Origin: Ruminococcus sp.
GTDB lineage: Bacteria; Bacillota; Clostridia; Oscillospirales; Ruminococcaceae
NCBI GenBank assembly: GCA_045641105.1
Contig: JAZUGG010000121.1
Location: 3,670-67,669 of the forward strand
Length of the DNA stretch: 64,000 nt
Direction: 5' to 3'
Made by a program: the position numbers and the translations under genes. Positions 8,886 to 17,884 of the stretch are shown in pieces. The notes under the pieces are model-generated. The model saw only the letters and a program-made list of their open reading frames with translations. It did not search any database and was not told where the DNA came from. Numbering within the stretch: the stretch's first letter is position 1; every line of letters starts with the position of its first letter.

Positions 8886-10122
8886 CCTGAACCTCCTCTG
8901 GAACGGGGATATCCATAGGCTGCGGATCTGTTTCAGGCGGAATATCAGGTATTGTTTCCGGAATATATGGCTCAGTAGTTTCTGGCTGTATTTCAGATTC
9001 TGACGGCAGTTCCGCTTCCGTAGAAGGATCGGTTATGACTTCTGACGGCTCGGCAACATATTCAGTCACAGGCGGGATATACTGAGCGATATATTCACTT
9101 CTGCGAGGCTCTGCCGTGATACGTGTCGGAGGCTCTGTAGGCGGCTCAGTAACAACTGTTTTACCTTCCTTTTCAGCCTTTTCACGTTCTTTGCGCTCTT
9201 TTTCAGCCTGTTTTCTTTCTTCTTCTTCCTTTTTGCGTTCCTGTTCATTACGGCTGAGATATTTTGAACGCTTGTAATTCTTATCAGGATTATACTCGCC
9301 CTCTGTATCGGAATCGCCGCAGATAACAACTGCTTTTTCTTCAAGCAGTTCATACATTCTCTCGAATTGTTCAAGATTGTATTCCATATTTCCACGCAGA
9401 GGATCGGCAACATATACAATGCCCTTATCAAGGTCATAACCGTAAATTGTCATACAGTGCTGCATACCGTTGAACCACATTTCCTCGCCGTCCTCGGTAG
9501 TCCATCTGAGCTCATTCGGACATTCCCACAAGTCAATTGTAGCCCATATAATAAGCGGTCTGCCTTCTTCGATCTGATAGAACAGTTCTTCAAGCTTTTT
9601 GCCGCTTATATCGACAGCGTAGCACGGAGAATTGACTGATTTGAAATAATCATCAGCTGTCTGGACTATAACAGGAGGGAGACAGCCGAATCCGTCGCAG
9701 AATTTCGGATCTCCGATATATGCGTGGTTCATAGTGGTTGAGCCTTCTGTATCAAGAGGCATGAATTCATCGGCAAGTTCCTCCTTGTCGATGTCAAATC
9801 CGAGAAAATTGAGTGTCTGGCAGAGAGCGGTGACTTCACAGCCTGTAGGAAGTTCAGGTTCCTGCATTACAGTCTCAAAATTTTTTATTACTGATTTTCT
9901 GGCAATTTTGTGACCTTTCGGCATAGTCACATCAAGTGAGAATGGTTCGGTTGTTGGTTCTGTCTCTTTTTCTTTTGTGACAGCTTCGCTCTCCATGCTG
10001 ATAATGTCTTGTTTTTCCTGGGAATTGGCCTTGGTTTCGGTAACTGTTGAGGCTTTTCCGCAGGCTGTCATACACAGAAGTGCGGCTGAGACAGCAGTGA
10101 ATTTAAGAAATCTGCCTGTCAT
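8878..10122 (-). CDS. Lipoprotein with peptidase C39-like domain and charged Pro/Glu/Thr-rich tail
   Basis: Lipobox MTAC; QEPELPTGCEVT (Cys), QHCMTIYGYD (His), VADP (Asp); low-complexity C-terminus. Confidence 0.75.
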   Translation of the reverse strand: MTGRFLKFTAVSAALLCMTACGKASTVTETKANSQEKQDIISMESEAVTKEKETEPTTEPFSLDVTMPKGHKIARKSVIKNFETVMQEPELPTGCEVTALCQTLNFLGFDIDKEELADEFMPLDTEGSTTMNHAYIGDPKFCDGFGCLPPVIVQTADDYFKSVNSPCYAVDISGKKLEELFYQIEEGRPLIIWATIDLWECPNELRWTTEDGEEMWFNGMQHCMTIYGYDLDKGIVYVADPLRGNMEYNLEQFERMYELLEEKAVVICGDSDTEGEYNPDKNYKRSKYLSRNEQERKKEEEERKQAEKERKEREKAEKEGKTVVTEPPTEPPTRITAEPRRSEYIAQYIPPVTEYVAEPSEVITDPSTEAELPSESEIQPETTEPYIPETIPDIPPETDPQPMDIPVPEEVQVD

Positions 10123-10129
10123 TTACATT

Positions 10130-11332
10130 CTACTCCATATCTATCATTATTTTTGCCCTGTAGTCCTTCTGGGCTGAGGTAACTGTATCAAGAGCGAGTC
10201 CGTATATATCTGACGCTCTTATTTCAAGTTCAACGAAACGTTCTGCAATTTCGCTGACCTGAGAAAGCTTTGCAAGTGAGGCGGCATAAGGTATTTTTGC
10301 AACATTTTTTGCTTTTGCAAGGATTTCCCTGCCACGTTCATTGAATGCAAGAATTCTGCCATATGGCGGAAGCTGTGACATATCGTCCTTTTTAACGCCA
10401 ATGAGGAGTTTGAGCATGATACGTCTTATCCGTGCCATTGTATATCTCTTAGTTTTGACAGTAAACAGCAGTTCATCCAGAGAACCTGCCATTCTTGCAC
10501 CGTATATTCTGTTTTCAAGTCCCTGTGCAACGTCATCAATTTCTTTTATTTCTTCTACGCTGCAGCTTCTGAGTTTGTAAAGGAGAACACGTTCCAGCCT
10601 GTTCAGTGAGGCGATTTCACCTTTTGATACGGCAGCAGCAATAGCATCCTGCCAGAGCTGGGGAGTGAATTCTGCTATGCTTGCGGTATCGTTGTCATAT
10701 TCAAGCATCTCACGGAGGAGCGAGGCACTTGCGAAACCATTTTCGGTTTCATGGCTGTCATGAGCCGAATTTATGCGCTTTACAGTAAACGGCATCATGG
10801 CACATGACATATTTTTCAGTGCTCTCAGGTATTCAATAGCAAGGAGATTGTTCGGTTCGGAAATAATTTCTGCGACCTCAGGTTCTGTGCCTTTGAGGAC
10901 AGAAGTGAGTGCTCTTGGATATGTGTATCCCTTTTCCATTATCTCACGGATATCGTCGGAATGAACCATTGCTGTAAGGTCTACGGCATCCATGGCACTG
11001 CGGAGTTTTTCCACATCGCCGCATTCGCTTCCGAACGAAACTTCGTCAACTGCGCCGAGAGAATCCAGCAGATAAACAGCCCCTGCCGCAAAATTTTCAG
11101 CAGAGGAGAGACAATACTGCACAGGAAGTTCAATTACGAGGTCAGCGCCAGAACGAACGGCAAGACGTGCTCTTTCAAGCTTATCCATTATGGCAACATC
11201 GCCACGCTGAACGAAGTTTCCGCTCATAACGGCAACAATATGAGTAGCGCCGTTTTTTCGGGTTTCGTTAATGTGGTAAAGATGACCATTGTGGAAAGGG
11301 TTATATTCGCAGATAATTCCGCTTATTTTCAT
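10130..11332 (-). CDS. tmcAL: tRNA(Met) cytidine acetate ligase (YlbM-like nucleotidyltransferase)
   Basis: GIICEYNPFHNGH, MSGNFVQRG, FGSECG, PNNLLAIEY, SAS, KTKRYT.ARIRR. Confidence 0.9.
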   Translation of the reverse strand: MKISGIICEYNPFHNGHLYHINETRKNGATHIVAVMSGNFVQRGDVAIMDKLERARLAVRSGADLVIELPVQYCLSSAENFAAGAVYLLDSLGAVDEVSFGSECGDVEKLRSAMDAVDLTAMVHSDDIREIMEKGYTYPRALTSVLKGTEPEVAEIISEPNNLLAIEYLRALKNMSCAMMPFTVKRINSAHDSHETENGFASASLLREMLEYDNDTASIAEFTPQLWQDAIAAAVSKGEIASLNRLERVLLYKLRSCSVEEIKEIDDVAQGLENRIYGARMAGSLDELLFTVKTKRYTMARIRRIMLKLLIGVKKDDMSQLPPYGRILAFNERGREILAKAKNVAKIPYAASLAKLSQVSEIAERFVELEIRASDIYGLALDTVTSAQKDYRAKIMIDME

Positions 11333-11535
11333 TTTACTACCTCTTTTCTGAAATTTCAATGGTTTTCATATATATTTCAATTTCCTTACTAATTTTTGTC
11401 ACAAACTAATATGTTTTGGCTTAAATTAAGGAGAAAATAATGCGTATTGAGACAAATTTACAAAAAAGACTTGCTTTTTGCCGAAAATGGTATATAATAA
11501 TATATGCAATTTAATCTGAAAGGAAATGTTATTTT

Positions 11536-12735
11536 ATGATTATTTTAGTTGTTAATGCAGGAAGCTCATCCCTCAAGTATCAGCTCATCAACATGGAAGA
11601 TGAGAGCGTTATCGCAAAGGGAAACTGTGACAGAATCGGCATCGACGGTCATCTTGCCCACAAGACAAGCGACGGCAGAAAGATCGATGAGGACTGCAAT
11701 TTCCCAACACACACGGAAGCTTTCATGAAGCTTGTTGAAGTTCTTACTTCAGGCGAAGGCAAGGTTATCGACAGCATGGATGAAATTTCCGCTGTAGGTC
11801 ACCGTATCGTGCAGGGTGCTGATGTATTTGACAAGTCTGTTCTTGTTACTGATGAGATCATTGAGAAGATCGACGAACTCCGTGAGCTTGCTCCTGTTCA
11901 CAACCATGCTCATGCACTTGCTCTCAGAGCCTGCAAGAGTGTAATCCCTGCAAATGTTCCGCAGGTAGTTGTATTTGATACAGCATTCCACCAGACAATG
12001 CCGCCTAAGGCTTTCATGTTTGGTCTCCCATATGAGGATTATGAGAATCTTCACGTAAGAAAGTATGGTTTCCACGGCACATCACACCGCTTTGTATCTG
12101 CTGCACTTGCAGAGGCAATGGGCAAGGATGCAAAGGATCTCAAGATCATTTCATGCCATCTCGGAAACGGTTCTTCAATCACAGCTGTAAACGCAGGCAA
12201 GTCTGTTGATACAACAATGGGCTTCACACCTCTTGACGGCGTTATCATGGGTACAAGATCAGGTGCAGTTGATCCGTCAGCAGTTACATTCGTAGCAGAC
12301 AAGCACGGCTTCACACCTGCACAGATGAGCGACTACATGAACAAGAAGTCAGGATTCCTCGGCTTATCAGGCATCGGTTCAGACAACCGTGACATTCAGG
12401 AAGCTGCTCTTAACGGCAATGAAAAGGCACAGCTCGTATGCGATATGCTCACATATGAGATACAGAAGTACATCGGTGCATTTACTGCTGCAATGAACGG
12501 CGTTGATGCTATCCTCTTTACAGGCGGTATCGGTGAGAACTCATGGGAAGTAAGAGAAGCAGCCTGCTCAAATATGGAATACTTCGGAATCAAGATCGAT
12601 TATGCTCTTAACAAGACAATCAGAGGAAAACTCCAGAAGATCTCCACACCTGATTCAAAGGTTGAAGTATGGGTTGTACCTACAAATGAGGAACTTCTCA
12701 TCGCAAGAGATACTCTTGCTCTTATCTCAAAATAA
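11536..12735 (+). CDS. ackA: Acetate kinase
   Basis: VVNAGSSSLK, GHRIVQG, APVHN, FDTAFH, YGFHGTSH, CHLGNGSS, MGTRSG, FTGGIGENS, PTNEEL. Confidence 0.97.
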   Translation: MIILVVNAGSSSLKYQLINMEDESVIAKGNCDRIGIDGHLAHKTSDGRKIDEDCNFPTHTEAFMKLVEVLTSGEGKVIDSMDEISAVGHRIVQGADVFDKSVLVTDEIIEKIDELRELAPVHNHAHALALRACKSVIPANVPQVVVFDTAFHQTMPPKAFMFGLPYEDYENLHVRKYGFHGTSHRFVSAALAEAMGKDAKDLKIISCHLGNGSSITAVNAGKSVDTTMGFTPLDGVIMGTRSGAVDPSAVTFVADKHGFTPAQMSDYMNKKSGFLGLSGIGSDNRDIQEAALNGNEKAQLVCDMLTYEIQKYIGAFTAAMNGVDAILFTGGIGENSWEVREAACSNMEYFGIKIDYALNKTIRGKLQKISTPDSKVEVWVVPTNEELLIARDTLALISK

Positions 12736-12789
12736 GACAATAACCATTATACTACAAAAAAAAACAAAAATCAATAGATTTTTACAAAT

Positions 12790-12822
12790 ACAGTCGTACT
12801 CTCCGGGTACGGCTGTTTTTTG
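12790..12822 (+). terminator. Intrinsic terminator after ackA
   Basis: ACAGTCGTAC-loop-GTACGGCTGT followed by a T run. Confidence 0.75.
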
Positions 12823-12837
12823 AAAGAGGAGTATCTG

Positions 12838-13089
12838 ATGATAAAGACGATTGTAAGATCAGAAGGCATGATGTGCCATATGTGCGAATCACACGTAAAT
12901 AACGCTGTTAAGAAGAATTTCAAAGTTAAAAGTGTTGAGTCATCACATGAAAGCGGAGAGACAGAAATAATCTCGGTGGATGTGCCTGATGAAGCAAAGC
13001 TTCGTGAGGTAATTGAAGCAGAAGGGTACAAGGTTCTTTCAGTAAGCAATGAAAATGTTGAGAAAAAAGGCTTTTTCAGAAAAAAATAA
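12838..13089 (+). CDS. Stand-alone heavy-metal-associated (CopZ-like) protein
   Basis: EGMMCHMC (GMxCxxC) HMA motif; RBS GAGGAG. Confidence 0.8.
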   Translation: MIKTIVRSEGMMCHMCESHVNNAVKKNFKVKSVESSHESGETEIISVDVPDEAKLREVIEAEGYKVLSVSNENVEKKGFFRKK

Positions 13090-13127
13090 GACATCCCCGA
13101 AATATTTTCAGAGATGTCTTTGAGTCG

Positions 13128-13152
13128 GCACCGCACAAAATTTGTGGGGTGC
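13128..13152. repeat. GCACCGCACAAA/TTTGTG.GGTGC hairpin family, copy A
   Basis: Arms shared with copies at 33732, 40054 and 50664; lies between convergent genes. Confidence 0.6.
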
Positions 13153-13180
13153 TGTTTTTATATATTCTTCAAATTTCTGA

Positions 13181-14443
13181 TTAATTCTGCTCTATTGTTA
13201 CTGCTTTGAGTATACGTGCCTCTGCCTCGGAAAAATCGCTTACTGTTGAGGAATACAGTGTCAGGATGTGTTCACCTTTCTGGACATTGTCACCGTTTTC
13301 ACGTTCAAGAATGATACCTGCGGACATATCGATATCGGCAGATTTAACTGCTCTGCCTGCGCCAAGAATGAGAGATGTCATTCCGATTTCTTCGCTGTCC
13401 ATTCTGGTTATTCTGCCGCTGTTCGGGACATATACTTTATGTGAATAAAGCGGCTGAGGGAGAAGTGAGATATCTTCGGTGATACGCTTGTCGCCGCCCT
13501 GCAGTTCAATGGTACGTGCAAAAGTTTCTAGGGCTTTTCCGCTTGATACAGCATTTTCAGCAAGCTGACGGCATTTTTCGGTACTGCCTTTTCCTGCAAG
13601 TCTGAGCATTTCAGCGGAAAGTTCAATGCACAGTTCGTATAATCTGCCTTTTGATCTGCCCTGAAGTATTTCTACAGCCTCGGCAACTTCAAGGGCATTT
13701 CCGATATTTTTTCCGAGCGGTATATTCATATCAGTGACCATTGCACTGCATTTTTTGCCTGCCATGATACCTATTTTGGTCATGATATCGGCAAGTTTCT
13801 GTGCATCCTCCATAGTTTTCATGAATGCGCCCGAACCGTATTTAACATCAAGAAGGATACAGTCAGCATTCATGGCAAGTTTTTTGCTCATAATGCTTGC
13901 ACAGATAAGGGGGATGCTGTCAACTGTACCTGTTGCATTTCTCAGCGCATACAGTTTTTTATCGGCAGGGCAGAGACTTCCGCTCTGTGAAACTATGGAG
14001 AAACCTGTCTGATTGACAATGCTGATGAATTCATCAAACGGAATTTCAGTACGATAGCCGTTAATGCTTTCGAGTTTGTCGATAGTGCCGCCTGTATGTC
14101 CGAGACCTCTGCCTGACATTTTCGGAACATAAACACCGCATGAAGCGGCAATCGGGCCGATAATGAGACTTGTTTTGTCACCGACACCGCCCGTGCTGTG
14201 CTTGTCAACGGTAACGCCGTTTATTGAACTGAGATCAAGAATATCTCCTGATTTCTTCATTACATCGGTCAAAGCAAATGTTTCATTATCGGTAAGCGAA
14301 TTGAGACATACTGCCATAAGCCATGCTGAAACCTGATAATCAGGGATATTTCCGTTTGTATATTCGTTAATGAACCATGTTATTTCTTCGTCTGAAAGCG
14401 GAGTTTTTCTTTTTGTTTTATTTATTATATCACAGCTGTTCAT
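13181..14443 (-). CDS. pdp: Pyrimidine-nucleoside phosphorylase
   Basis: PDYQVSAWLMA, DKHSTGGVGDK, KMSGRGLGHTGGTIDKLES, PADKKLYALR, SIMSKKLA, DVKYGSGAFMK. Perfect TTGACA-17-TATAAT at 14474-14502. Confidence 0.93.
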   Translation of the reverse strand: MNSCDIINKTKRKTPLSDEEITWFINEYTNGNIPDYQVSAWLMAVCLNSLTDNETFALTDVMKKSGDILDLSSINGVTVDKHSTGGVGDKTSLIIGPIAASCGVYVPKMSGRGLGHTGGTIDKLESINGYRTEIPFDEFISIVNQTGFSIVSQSGSLCPADKKLYALRNATGTVDSIPLICASIMSKKLAMNADCILLDVKYGSGAFMKTMEDAQKLADIMTKIGIMAGKKCSAMVTDMNIPLGKNIGNALEVAEAVEILQGRSKGRLYELCIELSAEMLRLAGKGSTEKCRQLAENAVSSGKALETFARTIELQGGDKRITEDISLLPQPLYSHKVYVPNSGRITRMDSEEIGMTSLILGAGRAVKSADIDMSAGIILERENGDNVQKGEHILTLYSSTVSDFSEAEARILKAVTIEQN

Positions 14444-14556
14444 AATAACACCTCCAGTGAATTATATGTATATATTATATCATAATGCTGAAACTTTGTC
14501 AATAAATATGTGGTAAAACAACAATGGCTGCCGTTGCCGACAGCCATAAATTAAAT

Positions 14557-15483
14557 TTATTCAGATAATCCCTCAGATATTCCAAGGAGAATGATGCCGA
14601 TAATAACAACGGAAACTGAAACAGCCTGAGAGCGTGTAAGCTTTTCTTTCAGGAAAATTCTTGACAAAACCAGAGAAACTATACAGTAAGCTGATACCAT
14701 AGGAGCGGCAACTGCGCCGTTTCCGCTGAGAGCATAGACATATGTGAACTGACCTGCAGTCTCAAAAACAGCGGCAGTACCACGGTTTACCTGTGCTTTG
14801 GGCTTTAAAGTCTGACCTTTGATTTTGAGGAAAATGAAAATGCATACAGCACAGAAAAGAAATGTAAGTTCATATGATGTATTGGCAACATTTTCAAATG
14901 TTTCAGCGGTTACATTTTTAAGCGGTGTTTTTGACACGTCATCAAGGTAATATGCATCAAAAAACGTTCCAAGTGCATCAACAGCACAGTAGATAAGAGG
15001 TATTATGAATGCTTTAAGACCTGAGCGGTATTTTTTGTTATCGTCAGAAATCTGCGGTTTATCGAGCTTTTTCTCAATAATTCCGAGAGCAAGTATACCT
15101 GCACATATCAGAACAGTACCGCTTGCAGAAAGAAGATCCATGCTCTGACCAAGAATGATAAGGCAGAGAATTGCCGTGACTGCACCCGAAGAATTCTGAA
15201 CAGGCGAGGAGATCGATAATTCAAGGTAACGCAGACCAAAATAGCCTACCACCATAGAAAGAATATACATCAGCGAAACGGGAAGATAAATAAGAATATT
15301 TATCGGATCATAGTTCATATCGGTGAAAATCAGCATACAGACCGCATGGATACCCATGACAAATCCTACCATCATAGCCGTTTTCAGATGACTGTATTTA
15401 TCCTTTTCGTCAGCGCCCTTCTTATAAAAAAGATCGGCAGTTCCCCATGCAAGAACGGTCAGCAGAGCAAAAATAAACCACAT
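14557..15483 (-). CDS. DMT/EamA-family transporter
   Basis: About ten TM helices in two repeats, ending FLKEKL; RBS GGAGGT; TTGACA-17-TATAAT at 15516-15544. Confidence 0.8.
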   Translation of the reverse strand: MWFIFALLTVLAWGTADLFYKKGADEKDKYSHLKTAMMVGFVMGIHAVCMLIFTDMNYDPINILIYLPVSLMYILSMVVGYFGLRYLELSISSPVQNSSGAVTAILCLIILGQSMDLLSASGTVLICAGILALGIIEKKLDKPQISDDNKKYRSGLKAFIIPLIYCAVDALGTFFDAYYLDDVSKTPLKNVTAETFENVANTSYELTFLFCAVCIFIFLKIKGQTLKPKAQVNRGTAAVFETAGQFTYVYALSGNGAVAAPMVSAYCIVSLVLSRIFLKEKLTRSQAVSVSVVIIGIILLGISEGLSE

Positions 15484-15678
15484 AAATAATACCTCCGTAA
15501 TAAATTCTCTCAAAAATTATATAATACCGAAAAATGTTTGTCAAGGAAAAATACAAAGTTTGTTGAGGCATCATAAAAATTCTTATGTTTTTTTATGATG
15601 CGTTTACGCTTTATTTATTAATTGCACAAAAAAAGCAAGAAATTTATATAAAAAAGGTAAAAAACCGCAATAAAATAC

Positions 15679-15707
15679 TTGAATTAATTTTATATATGTG
15701 ATATAAT
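15679..15707 (+). promoter_or_regulatory. sigmaA promoter for the GH11-GH10-dockerin gene
   Basis: TTGAAT-17 bp-TATAAT. Confidence 0.7.
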
Positions 15708-15802
15708 CAAAACAGATATAAAATTCGGCATGAATATGATGCTGCAAATAACTGTGAAAGAACAAAAAACGGAGATAAAATATTATATAGGGAGGAATTT
15801 CT

Positions 15803-17821
15803 ATGAAATTCAGATTTTTAGGAGGGTTAACAGCGGCGGCAATGACAGCATCACTGATTCCGGCAGCGGCTATCGTAGCATATGCCGAAACGGAAACGTT
15901 CAGTGAATCAAAAGACGGCTATGATTACTTCTGGGAGAACACAGACGATACCGGCACTATCAATATGGATATCGGAAGCAATGGTTCTTTTGAAGCCACA
16001 TGGAGTTCTGTTGAGGACTGTGAGTTCAGATGCGGCAAAGAGCTTGGCAGCACACATCCGTTCTGGGACTACGGCGGAATCCAATTTAATTATAATGTTG
16101 ATTATAAAACAAGCGGCAATTCTTCTATGGGATACTGCTGCACGTTCAGCAATCCAAAATCAGATCTGTACGACATTGAGGTCTATATTATCGAAGCATG
16201 GGGAGACTGGAGACCGCCGGGAATGAATACTCCGCTTAATAAGGTAGTTATAGACGGAAAAAGCTATGACATATACGAGAAAGTTGAATATGAAGATATC
16301 GGGGATGAAAGATTGCCTGTAACAAAATATTACAGCGTTCGGCAAAGCAATCCTGCGCAGGTAAATGTAAGGAAAAATCTCATAGGCACCGTTACTGTCA
16401 GCGAACATCTGAAAGAAATGAAGGATCTTGGTCTTAACGTTAATGGCAACCTTAAATTTGTCGGTTTCTTTGTAAACGGATACCGTTCAAACGGAACAAT
16501 AAGTGTCAAGAAAAATCAATTACCTTTTGGACTATGTCCAATACCTGATTATACAGATGAAGATACAGAAACGCCTGACAACGGTTCAGAAGATACAACT
16601 GTGATCGAACAGGAAACTATTGATACCGAAGAAAACAACACTGAAAAGGCAGGTCCGTTCAGACAGGCGGTCGGAACAGATATCAAGGTAGGTCATACTG
16701 TCTCGGTAATGGACATCAGACAATCACGGGATAATACTATACCAAGCTATAAGGAATATTTTGATTATTTCACACCTGCATATGAGTTGTATCCAGACAG
16801 TATAATTGATAAGGATGCTTCAACTGAAAAAGGAAACAATGTTGATACTCAGATAACACTTCATAACGCAGACGAAATGCTGAAATACTGCGAGGAGAAT
16901 AATATCCCGATATTCGGCGGACCATTTGTGTTTTCCAGCCAGACTCCGGATTGGTTCTTCAGAGAAGATTTTAATGCAGCCGGAGCATATGTAAGCAAGG
17001 AGGTCATGAGACAGCGCCTTGAAAGCCTCATCAAAAATACGTTTGAAGCAATAAAGAAAGACTATCCTGATCTGAAAATATGCGGATATGAGGTATGCAT
17101 GGATATGTTTGAAAGCGAAACAGGAGAATTCAGACATAACAGTGGAAACTGCTGGTATAAAACATATCAGGATGATGATTATATCATTGATGCATACAAA
17201 TTTGCAAGACAGTATGCTCCCGAGGGAACTAAGCTGTTTTACAGCGATTTCAACGAATACATCCCTGAAAAGACAATGGGCATATTCAAGCTTGCAACAG
17301 AGCTTCGGGATATGGAACTCCTTGACGGCATAGGCATGGAGGCTTATCTTAGCGACGATTATCCAGATAAGGAAGAATTCAGAACTGCACTTGAAACGTT
17401 CTCGGAAACAGGTCTCGATATCCAGCTTACGCATTTCCAGGTACACGGTAAGGAAAGACAGAAAAAATATGCAGATATAATTTCTCTTTGCAGGGAGTAC
17501 AGCGATCGTATCAGCGGAATCAATTTTGATTATATCAGCGGTCATTCATGGGACGACGGACTGACTAAGCCTGATATGGAATTGATCAACAGCTATCTTG
17601 AAGAAGCAAACAACGACAAGGCAAACGCTGAAAAGGCTGACGGTGATGCAAATGGTGACGGCTCGTTCAATATTGCAGACGTTGTCCTTGTTCAGCAGTC
17701 TCTCCTGAATGCCAATAAATATAAGATATCTGAAATAGAAAAGGTAGATTATGACAATGACGGCGAACTTACTGTTTTTGACCTTTGTATCATGAAAAGT
17801 GAACTTCTGAATAAAGCATAA
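15803..17821 (+). CDS. Secreted GH11-like + GH10-like + dockerin protein with degenerate catalytic residues
   Basis: Signal peptide; GH11 landmarks (EVYIIEAWGDWRPPG, DGKSYDIY, YYSVRQ, GTVTVSEH, VNGY); GH10 landmarks (SSQTPDWFF, AYKFARQYAP, KLFYSDFNE, DGIGM); dockerin GDANGDGSFNIADV...DNDGELTVFDL. Confidence 0.85.
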   Translation: MKFRFLGGLTAAAMTASLIPAAAIVAYAETETFSESKDGYDYFWENTDDTGTINMDIGSNGSFEATWSSVEDCEFRCGKELGSTHPFWDYGGIQFNYNVDYKTSGNSSMGYCCTFSNPKSDLYDIEVYIIEAWGDWRPPGMNTPLNKVVIDGKSYDIYEKVEYEDIGDERLPVTKYYSVRQSNPAQVNVRKNLIGTVTVSEHLKEMKDLGLNVNGNLKFVGFFVNGYRSNGTISVKKNQLPFGLCPIPDYTDEDTETPDNGSEDTTVIEQETIDTEENNTEKAGPFRQAVGTDIKVGHTVSVMDIRQSRDNTIPSYKEYFDYFTPAYELYPDSIIDKDASTEKGNNVDTQITLHNADEMLKYCEENNIPIFGGPFVFSSQTPDWFFREDFNAAGAYVSKEVMRQRLESLIKNTFEAIKKDYPDLKICGYEVCMDMFESETGEFRHNSGNCWYKTYQDDDYIIDAYKFARQYAPEGTKLFYSDFNEYIPEKTMGIFKLATELRDMELLDGIGMEAYLSDDYPDKEEFRTALETFSETGLDIQLTHFQVHGKERQKKYADIISLCREYSDRISGINFDYISGHSWDDGLTKPDMELINSYLEEANNDKANAEKADGDANGDGSFNIADVVLVQQSLLNANKYKISEIEKVDYDNDGELTVFDLCIMKSELLNKA

Positions 17822-17826
17822 ATAAT

Positions 17827-17870
17827 AAAAGTCCTGAATACGCTTGATTGGCAGTATTCAGGACTTTTTC
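17827..17870. terminator. Bidirectional terminator between convergent dockerin genes
   Basis: AAAAGTCCTGAATAC-loop-GTATTCAGGACTTTTTT. Confidence 0.85.
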
Positions 17871-17884
17871 TATTCTTTTCAGTG

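Noticed and set aside
16820-17545. 241-aa minus-strand ORF
   Set aside because: Antisense to the GH10-like module; no recognisable features.
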